Source: Callorhinchus milii (Eukaryota). Taken from it: a DNA stretch of 64,000 nucleotides. Shown one piece after another: positions 60,291-64,000 of the stretch (the stretch's first letter is position 1; each line of letters opens with the position of its first letter). The position numbers were made by a program, and so were the translations under genes. The notes under the pieces are model-generated. The model saw nothing but the letters and a program-made list of their open reading frames with translations. It searched no databases and was not told where the DNA came from. Location: contig NW_024704743.1 of the NCBI RefSeq assembly GCF_018977255.1, positions 58,220,001 through 58,284,000 of the forward strand. Direction: 5' to 3'.

Positions 60291-62327
60291 TGTCTTTCAA
60301 AAAGAAAAGGAAGTGTCCCAGGCAAGAATCCCCCAAATAAAAAAATGGTCATTTGTTTCATAGTTGTTTGTGGGACAATGCTGTGTGCAATTGTGCTGCC
60401 ACGTTTGCCTACAACTTGTGTGAACCTTTTTTCTCTGGGAAATCTGAAAGTCAAGATTGTAGTTCCAGTTACAATGGGTTGGCACCGTAGAGATGGACAA
60501 CATGGTATGTCTATCACATACCACACTGTTCACTCCATAATTGGGCTGAAATTCCCGTTGGCATTACATAATAGCGCATTCAGCAATGTCAATTATAATG
60601 AGGAAATCCCACGAGCAGCCAATATCACCAAAGGCACTGCATGATATTTCAGCCCAAGTGTTTTTGAATCAAACTCTATGGATTTGTTTTCCCTCAATCT
60701 AAACTTATTATTGCCTCTAATTCTGTGTTCAATGTTTTGGAATAATAAAGAATTGTTTTGTCTTATATGACCCTACATTACATAGCATTGCCTTTTCAAT
60801 TAACTCATGTAAGGTTATCCGCTAATATCAATAGTAGTGAATTTACATTTTTTAAAGGATACAAAGTCAGATTTAAGTAGCATTTCCGCCTCACGGCTCA
60901 GCACGTATGTAATGCACACATATTTGCAGCACAAGCTTAAATTTCCCCCATTACTGGAAAATAAATCTTTCTTTTGATGTAACTTTCCAAATTTGATGCT
61001 ATTAATAGCATTTATTTAATACAATGCAGTAAAATCTGCTGTTTTACTGTTCTGTATGCAACAACAGAACGAGCAAAACTGCAAATTATTCTTTATTACT
61101 CCTTTGCTGAGTTACTTCAGACTTTACAAGGTGTCAGCAGGGAATTTTCGCAGGATGAGTGGTTTAAATGATGCAAAGCTCTAATTAAGCTGTGCCAATG
61201 CTGGCTGATGGCATGTAAACAAACCAAGGTCACTGGTACAACCATTTTATTTGTTCAACTTAAAGAAGGAAGTATTGCGTATCTGTAAGAGATATAAACT
61301 GTATCTTTCAGGCAACATTTCATTTTGCATTGTTCAGTATTAAAATGCCTGTCACTTGAATCTTTTGAGTGTTAAAAACCCCTTTCCAACTTTCAAAATG
61401 TTTTTCTTCTGTAGGACAGATACAAGCATATATAAATGTATAAGAAATACAAAGATGTAGCAGGATGGAAATACACAGAGTCATAAAATCATTCACTCGT
61501 TTGATGGGGTTGAAATTGTGGCAGTTCTTAATGGGATTCCTTAATGAGGAATCAAAGTCAGACAAATGAGGACTAGTCTGAGGTCTAAGATTTTACCTAT
61601 TCTTTGCCTGTTCTCGGAGAGTTAATCTAAGCAATGAAATTGGACTCCAGGCACGTCACTGTCATGACAATCTTTGTTTGATCGCTATCAGTTTGGATTT
61701 ATTTTGAGCAAAGACGTACCAAGTTGACAGGTATTTGGAGTCTGCACCTCAAATCAATTGAGTTAGCTGATAAAGATCATCTATTGAAGACTGATTGGGC
61801 TCTTGTTCTGGAACTAGCTGTCCTCTGGCACATCTGCACCAGTTGATATCAGGGACAAGCTCAATTTCTTCTTAAAACTTTGTCATCAATTAATAGCTAA
61901 GCTTGTCAGGTCACTCAGTCGAAAGAGATCTCTGGTATGGACCAGTCATGAAGTTATAACAGATCAGCATCCATCCTTGGACCGATTAATGAGAAACAAT
62001 GATTGTTATTTGTCACTCTCAATCAGTATTTTGTTATCTGAGTGAAAACCAGCAAAAATATCCTAAATCAGGATCAGGGACCAGGGAAGTACAGGACAAG
62101 CTCAAGTGCCTTGCTGGAAGGTAAGTCTGTTTCTAACGCAAGATTTCTTGTAGACCTATAGTTAGCTGAATTCTGAAACACTTCTAGCTTCAGGCCTAGG
62201 CTGAACTCCAGAAATGCTCACAAGAGTGGTGTCTGTAGGTAAACATCCACAACAAATCGATTCATACGCATTGCGATGATGTGATTTTTCTCTGCAGTTA
62301 ATCAGTACAAAGCATTTATACAAAGGT

Positions 62328-62718
62328 AATAATAATTCTCACATTTGGTACAGAGCCTATAACATCTCAAAATGTTTCACAAAGTTAGTGTAAAGTGTAG
62401 TGACTGTGTATTTGTAGGCAAAGGCAACATCCAATTTGCTCACAGTAACATTCCATAAACAGCCATGAATTCAGTCACCAATTATATCTGCTGAATTATT
62501 GGCCAGGACACCAGATGAAATTCAATGGGATCTTTAATATCCACTTGAATGAACAAACAGGATATCTTATCCAAATAAGGCACCTCCAACCATGCACACT
62601 TCCCCAGTGCTAACACTGGGTGACCATCTAAACTAGGAGCTCATAGCTCCAAATTGAGGCTTGACCTGACATCCTTCTTACTCGGGACAAGATTAGTACC
62701 AACTGGGACAGACTGACA
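62328..62718 (-). mobile_element. Old Deu-domain SINE, near full length
   Basis: Tail AATAATAATTCTCACATTTG, Deu core ATGGGATCTTTAATATCCAC, head TACCAACTGGGACAGACTGACAC. Confidence 0.75.
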
Positions 62719-63492
62719 CGTGCAGGAATTTTGCTCTAAAAGTAGAGCAAAGCAGATTTCCCACATGACATATTCTACTCAAGGAAGGATTTATAATTTC
62801 TGACTCAGAATTCTTAAGAAATCTCATTTAAAATCACCTAATTTTAGACCCCAAAAGAATGCATGGATTATTGTTGTACAAAAAAGGCACTCAGTCCCCA
62901 AGGGCTAACATTTTCCTTGGCTAGAAATGATTCAGTTGAATCAAACCACCGAGTCCATTTGGGATGTTAACACCAGAAGGGTATAAGCCTTTTCGACGTT
63001 GCCTTTAGCCAGTAAGCTTCAACCCTGAGCAAGAGAGTGGAACACATTATGCTTGTGACAAGACATATCCTGCAGTGCTTACAGAACCTTCAGGTCACTT
63101 GCAGCCATGGATTATAGATGTCCTCATTTATTTCTCTCTCAGAGAAACGTGCTGAGGAGTCAGAACACATCTCACCCCCAAGCTGCTTACCCAGTGAATA
63201 TGGAAACATGGTGATGGGTTTCTACATGTGTCAGACACCTGGCTGACCTGAAAATCAAATAACAAATTATAGAGTATGAACAGCAGGGGATGGGGTGGGG
63301 GGGGGGGGGGGGGGAGGCGGAGTTCTTTCATTACACAATATTTCCAATTTGACCACCTCAAATTGGTTTGTAGTAAAGCAATTGTTTTGTGCGCTATCAT
63401 ACAAGGTATTTAAATAACAATTAGTCTAAGGTGCGTGTTTTACTTATGTAATATATTCATGCCTATATAATAGTATACAGCCTGTGCCATTG

Positions 63493-63765
63493 TGTCAGTC
63501 TGGGCTCAATCAGTAGCACTTACAAGTCAGAAAGAGCATGGGTTCAAATCTCACATTGGGAGTTTGAACTTCCATAGTCTTGCTAACAATCCAATTCACC
63601 TGGTAGCATTGCATTGTTGGAGATACTGCCCTTTGAATGATATATTGAACTGAGGTCCCATGTTAAAGATATCCTATTACTCCTGGCGAATAACATCCCA
63701 GATAAATAACTGGTCATTCATTTCATAGCAGTTTCTGGGATGTTACTGTGCATAAATTAGCTGGG
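63493..63765 (+). mobile_element. Old Deu-domain SINE
   Basis: TGTCAGTCTGGGCTCAATCAGTAGCAC...GGGTTCAAATC...CTGGTCATTCATTTCATAGC. Confidence 0.75.
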
Positions 63766-63769
63766 CAGT

Positions 63770-64000
63770 TTAGGATCCCGGGACCGAGCCAGGGGGAGGG
63801 GTGGGAAGGTGACCAAAGGCGCGGTCGAAAAGAAAGGTCTTAAGCAGAGACTTGAAAATGGGAAGGGAGGGAGCAAGATGACGGGAGTGAGGAAGGCAGT
63901 TCCAGAGCCTTGGTGCATAGTGGCTGAAGGCACGGCCACCGAGGGTGGAGCGAAGGACTCGGGGGACAAGGAGAAGGCCAGACCCGGAGGAACAAAGGCA
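63770..64000 (-). mobile_element. L2 3' region, runs off the window
   Basis: G-rich + strand GTTCCAGAGCCTTGGTGCATAGTGGCTGAAGGCACGGCC, the reverse complement of the GRAFSHYAPRLWN region. Confidence 0.85.

Noticed and set aside
63286..63321. G-rich run as a functional G-quadruplex (also 50707-50727)
   Set aside because: Mostly a homopolymer, error-prone in sequencing, with no supporting context.

Overview
This is non-coding, AT-rich, transposon-dense eukaryotic (vertebrate) DNA, either intergenic or inside a large intron. The repeat inventory points to a cartilaginous fish, plausibly a chimaera such as the elephant shark; this is inferred from recalled repeat families and was not checked by a search. 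That inventory is a young tRNA-headed SINE with (ATT)n tail, older Deu-domain SINEs, L2 and CR1 LINEs, and a Penelope-like element. I found no host protein-coding exon, rRNA, true tRNA or CRISPR array. All recognisable ORFs are decayed LINE or Penelope fragments or SINE read-throughs. The most interesting structures are: (1) a Penelope-like element with long inverted arms, each carrying a minimal hammerhead-ribozyme core (14447-15465); (2) a 76-bp palindrome made of two head-to-head L2 3' ends, like L2-derived miRNA precursors (53736-53811); (3) a 775-bp solo LTR inside an L2; (4) four Helitron-like non-autonomous elements; (5) several nested insertions with visible TSDs that date the families; (6) two SINE tail variants, one identical to the young L2 tail; (7) a few unclassified elements; (8) repeat-free islands that may be conserved non-coding elements. 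I cannot support a wholly new biological system from this sequence alone. Repeat boundaries are read by eye and approximate unless a TSD is quoted.
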